24,000 nucleotides of DNA from Candidatus Geothermarchaeum rappei. GTDB lineage: Archaea; Thermoproteota; Nitrososphaeria; Geothermarchaeales; JDFR-13. Shown piece by piece: positions 7,696-16,204 of the stretch. The position numbers and the translations under genes are program-made. Numbering within the stretch: position 1 is the stretch's first letter; each line of letters starts with the position of its first letter. A model generated the notes under the pieces. It did no database searches, was not told where the DNA came from, and was given only the letters and a program-made list of their open reading frames with translations. The stretch is from NCBI GenBank assembly GCA_002011085.2, contig MTMB02000001.1, positions 1,406,446 to 1,430,445 of the forward strand, read 5' to 3'.

Positions 7696-8522
7696 AGGCG
7701 TTCATCTCCAAGAAGGGATATAATTTTCTTAGCCGCCTCATCTATAGTGTTGAAACCTCCTTCAATTAGCCCTTGGTCTCTGAGACGGGACTCTAATTTA
7801 AATAGTATTGGCTGAGTAAGGCCAGCACTCTCTAGAATACCTGGGTTCCTGAAGAGCCTTGTTGCTTCACCATCATACACAACTTCACCATTACTCATTA
7901 GAATTACACGAGGCCTTATCTCCGCAACAAACTCTACATCATGTGTTACTAGGATCACGGTCTTACCTTGTGAAACCATCATATTAATTATCTGGAGAAG
8001 TATCTCCCTCTGTACAGCGTCCTGGCCTGCTGTAGGTTCATCCATGACAACATATTTAGGATTCCATACGAGGACCGATGCGATGGCTAGACGTCTCTGC
8101 TCGCCGCCGCTTAATATGAAGGGAGATGAGTCTCTATATTTCCATAGCCAGAATATATTCAGTATTTTCTGGACCAGCCTATTTATAGAAGCCTCGTCGT
8201 ATCCAAAGTTTCTTAGTGCAAAAGCAACTTCATCCCATACGCGCTCACTAAAGAACATTTTCTCTGGATACTGGAATATCATCCCTACTTTCCTCGATAA
8301 CTCTGAAATTGGGACGTCTCTAGTGTCAACGTCATCTACATATACACGGCCTAATGTTGGTTTAAGCAGGCCGTTAAAGTGTTTAACAAGAGTTGTTTTA
8401 CCAGCTCCATTATCACCCATTATAGCTATTAGCTCGCCTTCACCAATTTCCAGATTAATATTTTTCAGTACATAGTCTCCTTGAGGGGCGTAAGTGAAAT
8501 ACAGGTTTTCGACCACGATCAT
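7692..8522 (-). CDS. ecfA2: ECF transporter ATPase component (second ATPase)
   Basis: 276 aa. Walker A GDNGAGKTT, ABC signature LSGGEQRR, Walker B VVMDEPTAGQD, H-loop VTHD. 4-nt overlaps on both sides. The symbol number is assigned by operon position only. Confidence 0.9.
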   Translation of the reverse strand: MIVVENLYFTYAPQGDYVLKNINLEIGEGELIAIMGDNGAGKTTLVKHFNGLLKPTLGRVYVDDVDTRDVPISELSRKVGMIFQYPEKMFFSERVWDEVAFALRNFGYDEASINRLVQKILNIFWLWKYRDSSPFILSGGEQRRLAIASVLVWNPKYVVMDEPTAGQDAVQREILLQIINMMVSQGKTVILVTHDVEFVAEIRPRVILMSNGEVVYDGEATRLFRNPGILESAGLTQPILFKLESRLRDQGLIEGGFNTIDEAAKKIISLLGDERL

Positions 8523-9364
8523 ATTGTCCTCCCCTTCTTGATCAAGTTGATGAACTCTTCTATTGTTAATGGTGGCGGATCAAGTGAAAAACCCTGTCTC
8601 CTAATCACATCAAGAATTTTTATGAGAGTAGGTACATTAACACCATACTCCTTAGATAAATTTTGTCTAAACGCCTCCTTAATAGGTAGATCAATATAGA
8701 GCTTGCCCTCCTTCATAACCAATATTCTCTGAGCAGCCTCTACAGCCAAGTCCAGCCTATGGTCAATAAGTAAAATTGTTATCCCTAATTCTCTATTCAG
8801 TCTTTTTAACATGCCCATTAATTCCCTAGCGGACATGGGTGATAGATAGGCGGTTGGCTCATCTAAAATAAGTATTTTTGGTTTTAATGCTAGTATACCA
8901 GCTAAAGCAACCTTCTGCTTCTCTCCTCCAGACAACTCCTCAATTCGTTTTAAAGCTAGATGAGAAATGCCCATAATTTCCATCGCCCAGGCTACTCTCT
9001 CCTTCATCTCTTCCCTCGAAAAACCCCGGAACTCTAGGCTGAATGCTATGTCACGCTCAACTGTGGTCATAAAAATCTGGTTCTCGGGATTCTGGAACAG
9101 GAACCCAACTTGAGCCGTGATCTTTGATATCGGTGTTGTAGCGGGGTTCATACCAAGTATCCTAACTTCACCACTATATTCCCCTTCATAGAATTGAGGG
9201 ATCAAGCCGACTAATGCCCTTGCCAGTGTCGTCTTACCACATCCACTAGCTCCAGCTAATAGAACAAACTCCTTCTCGCCAATAGAGAAGGAGATATCTT
9301 TCAATATATATCTATCTGAATATGAATAGCGAAATGATAGGCTATTTACACTGATTATACTCAT
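8519..9364 (-). CDS. ecfA1: ECF transporter ATPase component (first ATPase)
   Basis: 281 aa. Walker A GASGCGKTT, signature LSGGEKQK, Walker B LILDEPTAYLS, H-loop IDHR. It is the first gene of the A-A-T module. The symbol number is assigned by position only. Confidence 0.9.
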   Translation of the reverse strand: MSIISVNSLSFRYSYSDRYILKDISFSIGEKEFVLLAGASGCGKTTLARALVGLIPQFYEGEYSGEVRILGMNPATTPISKITAQVGFLFQNPENQIFMTTVERDIAFSLEFRGFSREEMKERVAWAMEIMGISHLALKRIEELSGGEKQKVALAGILALKPKILILDEPTAYLSPMSARELMGMLKRLNRELGITILLIDHRLDLAVEAAQRILVMKEGKLYIDLPIKEAFRQNLSKEYGVNVPTLIKILDVIRRQGFSLDPPPLTIEEFINLIKKGRTI

Positions 9365-9469
9365 GTCTTATCACAGCCTCTTAGGCATAGACTAATAATC
9401 CAAATTTAATAGTGGGTATAATTATAGAATCACACACAAAAATGAGTATATAAATATAAAATACTGCCT

Positions 9470-10516
9470 CTAGTCCACTACTCTAAAGTGTAGACCCCGT
9501 TCCCTGAGTATCTCCAAGATAAAGGTCAGGATTGAATCTATTTCGCTGCACAACTCATTTGGAAATTGTATGTTTCCCAACTGTGCATGCCCGCCTCCTG
9601 ACCCCCCATATTTTTCCTCAAGCTTCTTAATAATCTCTTCAACCACATTAATATGGAGACGGCGTCTGATAGTATCGCTTATCCTAATATGTATTTTACA
9701 TCCCTTCTTTGCCTTCGCTGAATAAACAATCACAATATCCAAACCACTCGATACCAATTTTGATGATACGATGTTCTGAAAAGCACTTACGCTAGTTATC
9801 CCCATGAGAAATTCTCCGTGTCTATAGAGGACCATTCTCTGAAAGCCTTTTAATATCGCTATTCTCTCTGATAAAGCGGGTTTACGGCCCAGTCTCTTAA
9901 TGAAAGACCCAAGTCTAGCCTCGTCACCATATATTTCAAGAAGCCGGGATATTACTTTAAGAGCACGCCAGCCAGATAGATATAAAAATCTTGTTTCTAC
10001 AATAAGTGCATAAAGCATTAGTCTTATCTCGGATTTATTGAAGAATCGTTTTGGACGGATCTTATCCCAGCCTGATAATAATATGATTTCTAGTGTAGAG
10101 GAGGCATCTGGGTCAATAAATACTTCGTCAAACTTATTCCTAAAACTCTCTGTGGATATATGGTGATCTATAAGCCATTTCCTACAAGGATAGCTAAGAA
10201 GTTTCCTATACTCGGAGAGAGTTCCCTCACCGCCTACATCGACGAAAATTAATAATATATCTTTTTTTCTAGGAACTTTATCTACGAAAACAATTTTTTT
10301 ATAGACTGTTTTAGGCACAGTATCTATAGTCGCTTCAGCAACACCATCAGGAGCTATTACCCTACATTTGACATTACTAGAGATATATGAAATTAATTTA
10401 CATAATAAATACGAGGAGGCTACGGCGTCTAGATCAGCACGCCTGTGCATAACGATATATACTTCAGGTATCTCTGGTAATATTGTCTCTAGACACTGCC
10501 ATAAATTATTGCTCAT
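9470..10516 (-). CDS. DHH/DHHA1-family phosphoesterase (NrnA-like nanoRNase/pAp phosphatase type)
   Basis: 348 aa. Motif I is HRRADLDAVAS, motif II is FVDVGG, motif III is LIDHHIS (DHH), and the DHHA1 motif is GGGHAQLG. Confidence 0.8.
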   Translation of the reverse strand: MSNNLWQCLETILPEIPEVYIVMHRRADLDAVASSYLLCKLISYISSNVKCRVIAPDGVAEATIDTVPKTVYKKIVFVDKVPRKKDILLIFVDVGGEGTLSEYRKLLSYPCRKWLIDHHISTESFRNKFDEVFIDPDASSTLEIILLSGWDKIRPKRFFNKSEIRLMLYALIVETRFLYLSGWRALKVISRLLEIYGDEARLGSFIKRLGRKPALSERIAILKGFQRMVLYRHGEFLMGITSVSAFQNIVSSKLVSSGLDIVIVYSAKAKKGCKIHIRISDTIRRRLHINVVEEIIKKLEEKYGGSGGGHAQLGNIQFPNELCSEIDSILTFILEILRERGLHFRVVD

Positions 10517-10625
10517 ACCAATTAGTAAGGATGAAAAACAAATATATAACCCATAAAAACCTAAAATAATAATATTATAATGAGTATCTAAATGGTGATA
10601 AACGTCATCAAAACCACATATAAAT

Positions 10626-10764
10626 GGGGCCGTGGCGCAACCCGGTAGCGCGGCGGGCTCCAGATCTGCCCGTCAAGGGTGGAATACGGGTGTGCAGACC
10701 CCCGTCTGGGGGAGATGATTGAGGTGATACCCGTAGGTTGTGGGTTCAAATCCCACCGGCCCCA
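10626..10764 (+). tRNA. tRNA-Trp (CCA) with a 65-nt intron at the canonical 37/38 position
   Basis: Exon 1 (10626-10663) is GGGGCCG-TG-GCGC-AACCCGGTA-GCGC-G-GCGGG-CTCCAG. The intron is 10664-10728. Exon 2 (10729-10764) is A-CCCGT-AGGTT-GTGGG-TTCAAAT-CCCAC-CGGCCCC-A. All four stems pair. CCA is not encoded. Confidence 0.9.
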
Positions 10765-10839
10765 CTAGTTACTCCTTAACTCGTTATGTTCAAAACTCTA
10801 GAGTAAAATTCTTACATAAATCTAAATATTTTATAGAAA

Positions 10840-11712
10840 ATGAAGGGGGTTGGCAAGCCTCTTGGCTTGTATATTACGTTAATTATTATAGCCTCTATAA
10901 TAGCTAGCTTATTTTATTTATATAACATTGGATCATTAACCCAAGACGCATCATCCGAGAACGTCATTTCAGAAGAGAAGGTTATGCCCTCTGATACATA
11001 TCTTGAGAGTGGATTTAGAAACTTACGAGACTACGAGAATTTTAAACCAGTTAAACCAGTCTTCTGCGGGAAATACGGGAATACCAGCGTTGGATGCACT
11101 ATCTCGGCTGGATATCTAAAGCCTGGTGAAGAGGTTTATGTTAAACTAGGCATTTATAGACCAGAATATTATGACGATGACTATATATTTATGGTCAAAC
11201 TATATCGAATGGAGGGGGAAGACCTAATTTTGATTAATGCCACTAGTATGGGTATCGGTAGGACATCCTTCACTCTTCCAATGGATGAAGGGGTAAAGTA
11301 TCTTCTTGTTGTTGAGGCATGGAAGGGGGATATGCTTGTAGATCTTACATATTCATTGATATTCGTACCGAAGCAATATTTAGATGCAGAGATATACTTG
11401 GATAAGAGAGTATATAGGACTGGGGATACCCTTTTTTATACCATTGTAAACACTGGGGGAGACCCGGTCATACTTGGGATTTGTTACGAAATATATAGAT
11501 GGGACGGAGAGAAATGGGTTCTTGATAAAGAGGCTACTCCCAAAATATGTCCATTACTAGGTATAATCCTGGAAGAGGGGGGACGGCGCTCATTTGCTAT
11601 TTCTCTTGAAGGTGTAGAACCAGGGCTATACAGGCTATCGGTTGAGATTGAGGGGGTGACTACAGATATTAGTAAGATACTAGAGGCAGAGTTTATTGTA
11701 GAAGAATATTAG
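10840..11712 (+). CDS. Hypothetical exported or membrane-anchored protein, probably two beta-sandwich-like domains
   Basis: 290 aa. N-terminal anchor LGLYITLIIIASIIASLFYLY. Two Cys pairs (FCGKYGNTSVGC, and GICYEIY...KICPLL). N-glycosylation sequons NTS and NAT. Beta-rich repeats of alternating hydrophobic residues. No family motif recognised. Confidence 0.55.
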   Translation: MKGVGKPLGLYITLIIIASIIASLFYLYNIGSLTQDASSENVISEEKVMPSDTYLESGFRNLRDYENFKPVKPVFCGKYGNTSVGCTISAGYLKPGEEVYVKLGIYRPEYYDDDYIFMVKLYRMEGEDLILINATSMGIGRTSFTLPMDEGVKYLLVVEAWKGDMLVDLTYSLIFVPKQYLDAEIYLDKRVYRTGDTLFYTIVNTGGDPVILGICYEIYRWDGEKWVLDKEATPKICPLLGIILEEGGRRSFAISLEGVEPGLYRLSVEIEGVTTDISKILEAEFIVEEY

Positions 11713-11904
11713 CCCACATTAAGATCACCAGGAACCATCTTATGGTAAACATGTTATCTCAACTATCTAGTACTATTATAATAGTTGCGCCTGATCATGA
11801 GACTTGTTACTAATCGATCGCTTCAGCCCTCTTTTTGTTACATTCTATACATAACTTTTATATCATTTTTACATCAATAAAAATTCTCTTACGGGTGTAG
11901 AAAT

Positions 11905-13146
11905 ATGGAGTTATTTAGGATATCTAGCTATGAGGGGGTTCCCGGGAAGGTTAAGAAGTGTGTTTTACTATACTCAGGTGGTCTGGATACATCAGTTATG
12001 ATAAAGTGGATCATGGAGAAATATGGATGTGAACTTGTTACACTGACTCTAGATATTGGACAGGCAACGAAGAATTTAGAAGAAGTGAAGAATAAGGCTA
12101 TAAAGCTGGGTGTTTCCGAAGCATATGTAATTGACGCTAAAAAAGAATTTGCAGATAAATATATCTCCAAAGCTATCAAAGCAAATGCATTATATGAAGA
12201 CGCGTATCCAATAACAACAGCAATAGCAAGGCCTTTGAAAGCTAAATGGGCTGTTAAGATTGCTGAAGAGGTTAATGCAGATGCAGTTGCACATGGATCA
12301 ACTGGCAAGGGAAATGATCAGGTGAGGTTTGATATAACTATAACCGCTCTAAATCCAAATTTAAAAATTATTGCCCCAGTAAGAGAATGGGGGTTAGGCA
12401 GAGATGAAGAGATAAAATATGCTGAGGAAAATGGAATACCTATCCCCGTGGATATAGATAACCCTTATTCTGTGGATGAAAATCTCTGGGGTAGATCAGT
12501 TGAGTGTGGAGACATAGAGTATCCTGAGAAGGAAGTTCCTAAAAATGCATTGGCCTGGTGTAAACCGTGGGAAGAAACACCAGATGCTCCCGAGTATGTA
12601 GAGATAGAGTTTGAAGAAGGTGTGCCGGTATCGCTGAATGGAAAGGATATGGAGCTATGGAAGATAATTAAAGAGTTGAATGAGATCGGTGGGGAACACG
12701 GAGTGGGATTAATTGATCATATGGAGGATAGAATAATTGGATTGAAGTCGAGAGAATTCTATGAGGCGCCTGCAGCAACTATAATTATAAAGGCACATAA
12801 AGATCTGGAGAAAACCGTGTGTACGAGATATGAAAACTGGTTTAAACCCATAGTCGATAAAGAATGGACTAATCTAGTCTATTCAGGCCTGTGGATAGAG
12901 CCTTTAACAAAGGACTTAGAGGCATTTATAAATAAGGTTAACAAGAAGGTTAATGGCTTGGTTAGGATAAAGCTCTATAAGGGTAATGCAATGGTAGTTG
13001 GCAGAGACTCCCCAAACGCCCTCTATGATCTAAAGCTTGCTACATATGAGAAGGGCCAGTTATTCAACCAAGCCGCTTCACCTGGATATATAGAATTATA
13101 TGGTCTCCAGTCTAGAATGGCGTATAAATTAAATGGGAAGTGGTAA
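11905..13146 (+). CDS. argG: Argininosuccinate synthase
   Basis: 413 aa. ATP-PPase motif LLYSGGLDTS and signature AHGSTGKGNDQVRF. Length and C-terminal oligomerisation tail are typical. Confidence 0.95.
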   Translation: MELFRISSYEGVPGKVKKCVLLYSGGLDTSVMIKWIMEKYGCELVTLTLDIGQATKNLEEVKNKAIKLGVSEAYVIDAKKEFADKYISKAIKANALYEDAYPITTAIARPLKAKWAVKIAEEVNADAVAHGSTGKGNDQVRFDITITALNPNLKIIAPVREWGLGRDEEIKYAEENGIPIPVDIDNPYSVDENLWGRSVECGDIEYPEKEVPKNALAWCKPWEETPDAPEYVEIEFEEGVPVSLNGKDMELWKIIKELNEIGGEHGVGLIDHMEDRIIGLKSREFYEAPAATIIIKAHKDLEKTVCTRYENWFKPIVDKEWTNLVYSGLWIEPLTKDLEAFINKVNKKVNGLVRIKLYKGNAMVVGRDSPNALYDLKLATYEKGQLFNQAASPGYIELYGLQSRMAYKLNGKW

Positions 13147-13197
13147 GGAAACATAGAATAGGCTCGCAGCATTATTAATTTATCTGTGGATAAGAGG

Positions 13198-14679
13198 ATG
13201 ACAGACAAAAAAGAAGAGTGGAGGATGTGGGGCGGTAGATTTAAAGACCGGGTTGATGAGGATATACTAAACTATACTATAAAGATGGATATAGAAGGGT
13301 TAAAAGGCGCAGATTATCATCTGTTTAAATACGAGATATTGGCAAACTACGCTCATATCCTTATGCTTGTAAAACAAGGTATTATAGAAAAGAAAGATGC
13401 AAAGAAAATGTTGTCTGTGCTTCAGAAACTAGGGGAGAGTAACAATATTAACCTAGAGGGATACGAGGATGTACATAGTTTTATCGAGGATAGACTACTG
13501 AAGGTAGTTGGCTTAACACCGCACATATGCAGAAGTAGAAATGATCAAGTCATTTTACTTGAAAGACTCTATATGCGTGAAGAAATACTGGATATTGGAC
13601 TTAAGTTAATAATGCTAATAAATAGTCTCTTAAAAAGATCGGTGGAATATGAGGAGAAGGTCATCCCAGCATATACCCATTGGAGACAGGCCGATGTAAC
13701 ATCCATGGGGCATTTACTAAGATCATATGCACAAATGTTGACCCGTGATCTAAAGGCGCTCCATAATTTGTATAACCTTATAAATACTAATCCCTTAGGA
13801 GCCTCAGCTGCATCAGGCTGTTCCCTGCCTATAGACCGAGAATACACGAGTATGCTCTTAGGGTTCTCTGGTGTACAGGTGAATATATTAGATGTTGTAA
13901 CTAATAGGTGGGAGTATCAAGCCCGATACTTATTCACACTTCTAATGATAATGAAACACCTCTCTACAATATCAAGAGACATTATTTTCCTTTCGACGGA
14001 TGAAATGGGAATTGTAGAGATAGAGGATTGCTTTGCAACTGGTAGTAGTGCGCTGCCACATAAAAAGAATCCAGACCCGATGGAGATTATAATTGGCAGG
14101 ACAAAGGTATTAGAGGGCTTTCTAACTACTGTATCTGGCTTAGGAGGGGACTTAAGCGGATATCATAGGGAAGGACAGGAGGGGAAATGGTTGATGATAA
14201 AAGCATCAGAAGACACAAGATGGTCTATAGATATTCTAAGGAGAATTGTAGAGACGTTGCAAATAAAAGAAGAGGACATCAGCAAGAATATCAGGAAGTA
14301 TATAGTATTGCCTGAGATTGCAAATCAAATTGCCTTTAGATGCAGGATATCCTTTAGAAAAGTCCATAAAATCGTAGGTAGATGGGTCTCCAACACTGTG
14401 GGGGATAATTATGACCTACATAGACTAGTTGAGGTTTTCAGAGAAGAGGGTATTGATATACCAAATGATGTTCTAAAGACATTATATGATATGATGAGTC
14501 CCTTGAATATTCTCCATATGAAAAGTAGTTTAGGAATGCCAGGGGATACTATGGAGGTAAAGAGACTCAAGAAAGAGGTGGATAGCCTTACAAGAACCCA
14601 TGAACATTTGAGGAAGGAACATGATAATGCCATCGAGATACTAAAGGAAAAGGTGAATGCGCTAGTAAATAATGATTAG
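13198..14679 (+). CDS. argH: Argininosuccinate lyase
   Basis: WGGRF near the N-terminus, SRNDQV, the catalytic-loop signature GSSALPHKKNPD, and a THxxxA motif. The start is ambiguous: GTG 13186 (ORF track), ATG 13198, or ATG 13225 (giving MWGGRF). Confidence 0.9.
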   Translation: MTDKKEEWRMWGGRFKDRVDEDILNYTIKMDIEGLKGADYHLFKYEILANYAHILMLVKQGIIEKKDAKKMLSVLQKLGESNNINLEGYEDVHSFIEDRLLKVVGLTPHICRSRNDQVILLERLYMREEILDIGLKLIMLINSLLKRSVEYEEKVIPAYTHWRQADVTSMGHLLRSYAQMLTRDLKALHNLYNLINTNPLGASAASGCSLPIDREYTSMLLGFSGVQVNILDVVTNRWEYQARYLFTLLMIMKHLSTISRDIIFLSTDEMGIVEIEDCFATGSSALPHKKNPDPMEIIIGRTKVLEGFLTTVSGLGGDLSGYHREGQEGKWLMIKASEDTRWSIDILRRIVETLQIKEEDISKNIRKYIVLPEIANQIAFRCRISFRKVHKIVGRWVSNTVGDNYDLHRLVEVFREEGIDIPNDVLKTLYDMMSPLNILHMKSSLGMPGDTMEVKRLKKEVDSLTRTHEHLRKEHDNAIEILKEKVNALVNND

Positions 14680-14683
14680 ATGA

Positions 14684-15046
14684 CTAGGAAGATGATGGCG
14701 CCTCTGATAACATTCTCGTTACTTCAGATTTTAGTTTATTCAATTCCTCAACTACCTTTGTCTCCTGAGATTCAAGAGCTTTTATCCGTGCCTGAAGCAA
14801 CTCTATGTTTTCGTTCAACTCCTCCTCAAGCTTCTCCCTATCAGCTTTAAAGAAGATGTTGCCAACGAGTTTATATACTGAGGTATCGTCAGGTGCATTC
14901 TTCAACGCATCATATGCATTCTTATATTCCGCTAGGGAAAGCTGAAGCTGCTGTTTTTGGGTGACTATTGACGCATATGTCTTCTGGAGGTCGTCCATCT
15001 GCTTGAGATACTGCTGGACTTTTGGGGGGATTTTTTTACTACTCAT
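14684..15046 (-). CDS. pfdB: Prefoldin beta subunit
   Basis: 120 aa. Two heptad coiled-coil arms flank a central beta-hairpin region (VYKLVGNIFFKADRE). Its position at the end of the archaeal exosome superoperon fits. Confidence 0.85.
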   Translation of the reverse strand: MSSKKIPPKVQQYLKQMDDLQKTYASIVTQKQQLQLSLAEYKNAYDALKNAPDDTSVYKLVGNIFFKADREKLEEELNENIELLQARIKALESQETKVVEELNKLKSEVTRMLSEAPSSS

Positions 15047-15118
15047 TCTACATCACTAACCAAATCCATAAGATGATTTTACAAATATTTTAATACAGAA
15101 CGACTTAATATATAAAGG

Positions 15119-15385
15119 CTATTCCTCAATAAACAAATTCTCCAGTTTATCAAGCATATGTAATAGTCGTAATATAGTCTTATATATTCCCCTAAATTTT
15201 GATAGTGAATTCGAATAAATATCGAATATCAATGTTTTATTTTCAAACTTAAGGTCGACCTTAAAATCTCTCGATACTGTTTTTACGATGTCTGAATATA
15301 TTGACTTATACACCCAATTAGCCTGATCCTCATCTTCAAACCTTATTTCTAACGTTGAATGGTATCTATAACCCTCCTTTTTCAT
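15119..15385 (-). CDS. pcc1: KEOPS subunit Pcc1-like protein
   Basis: 88 aa. Pattern TLEIRFEDEDQANWVYKSI...KVDLKFENKTLIFDIYSNSLSKFRGIYKTILRLLHML matches the beta-beta-beta-alpha Pcc1/CTAG layout. Its position between Brix and prefoldin beta is as in other archaea. It overlaps the Brix gene by 20 nt. Confidence 0.6.
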   Translation of the reverse strand: MKKEGYRYHSTLEIRFEDEDQANWVYKSIYSDIVKTVSRDFKVDLKFENKTLIFDIYSNSLSKFRGIYKTILRLLHMLDKLENLFIEE

Positions 15386-15893
15386 GTAAAACCACCCTGC
15401 CCTTGATAACGGGGTATACTCTCCTACCCTCTGTATCTAGGAATCCTATTTTGATCGAAGAGTTTTCAATCACAATATCTACATATCCCCTAGATCCCTG
15501 GGTAGCGAAAATAGGTGGTAGACTGAAGAAGAAATTAAGGGTTTCAAGTAACTCTGGAGATACATTTCTAGATTTAATACCTAGTAAATCAGAGAAAACG
15601 GTTCGTTGATTCTTATCCATCTGTAGGGTTAAACCATTGATCTCGATAACTAGTTTCCTGGATAGTCCATGAGGAGAGAGAGTTATGAAGGAAAGTCTCG
15701 ATGGATTACCTTTTTTAGTATCTATAATCAGAAGCTTATTTATTCCCTTCTTTATCATCAGCTCACGTAGATCATCAATACTAAGTTTTCCTCTATTGAG
15801 TTTAATGGATCCAGGGATTACTCTGACTAGTTCCTTTACAAAGGTGCGTGTCCTTCTAGATGGTCTTCTTGATGTTGTTATTAATAGTGGCAT
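15366..15893 (-). CDS. Brix-domain (Imp4/Rpf-like) ribosome biogenesis protein
   Basis: N-terminal MPLLITTSRRPSRRTRTFVKEL is the characteristic archaeal Brix start. I chose ATG 15893; the ORF track extends to a TTG at 15899. Confidence 0.8.
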   Translation of the reverse strand: MPLLITTSRRPSRRTRTFVKELVRVIPGSIKLNRGKLSIDDLRELMIKKGINKLLIIDTKKGNPSRLSFITLSPHGLSRKLVIEINGLTLQMDKNQRTVFSDLLGIKSRNVSPELLETLNFFFSLPPIFATQGSRGYVDIVIENSSIKIGFLDTEGRRVYPVIKGRVVLHEKGGL

Positions 15894-15963
15894 AGTCAAT
15901 CTAAAAAAATACTAAGAAGATTGTATTTAATATGTAAAAAAGAGGAGTGTTTTTACTATTATA

Positions 15964-16203
15964 CTATATTATCTCTCTCTTACGCATTACAAACGGTTCA
16001 TATGCTCCTCCAGCGAATGTATATCCACATTTCCTACAGCTCCATATTCCCACGGAGACCCATCGAAGTGACTTACTCATACATCTAGGGCATTCATACT
16101 TCTTTTTCTTCTTCAGCGTTATCATGTTCCATCTTTTTCTTAGGGTAGCTCCATATCTTGGTCCAAACCTCGCCGCGATATTTGGAACTTTTTTACGTGC
16201 CAT
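15964..16203 (-). CDS. rpl37ae: Ribosomal protein L37Ae (eL43)
   Basis: 79 aa. GPRYGATLRKR plus the zinc ribbon CPRC...(x14)...CRKC. The start lies 1 nt after the rrp42 stop. Confidence 0.95.
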   Translation of the reverse strand: MARKKVPNIAARFGPRYGATLRKRWNMITLKKKKKYECPRCMSKSLRWVSVGIWSCRKCGYTFAGGAYEPFVMRKREII

Positions 16204-16204
16204 T

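Noticed and set aside
8044-8475. 143-aa ORF antisense to ecfA2. Similar antisense or alternate-frame ORFs include 1157-1387, 2786-3076, 4222-4461, 11928-12308, 13569-13847, 16362-16853, 17590-17904, 17783-18142, 19620-19829, 21950-22222 and 23342-23626.
   Set aside because: All lie entirely inside strongly supported genes on the opposite strand or in another frame. Their composition is low-complexity Ser/Leu/Pro/Ile-rich, typical of antisense reading of AT-rich genes. They have no RBS or promoter context and no recognisable motifs.
11713-11904. The longest non-coding gap in the window (192 nt). I examined it for an ncRNA, riboswitch or small ORF.
   Set aside because: I found only short palindromes (TGATCA, ATCGAT, CGATCG), a T5 run consistent with termination of the upstream gene, and AT-rich promoter-like tracts before argG. 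There are no convincing C/D or H/ACA boxes and no extended helices. A 23-codon ORF (MVNMLSQ...) has no RBS or supporting features.
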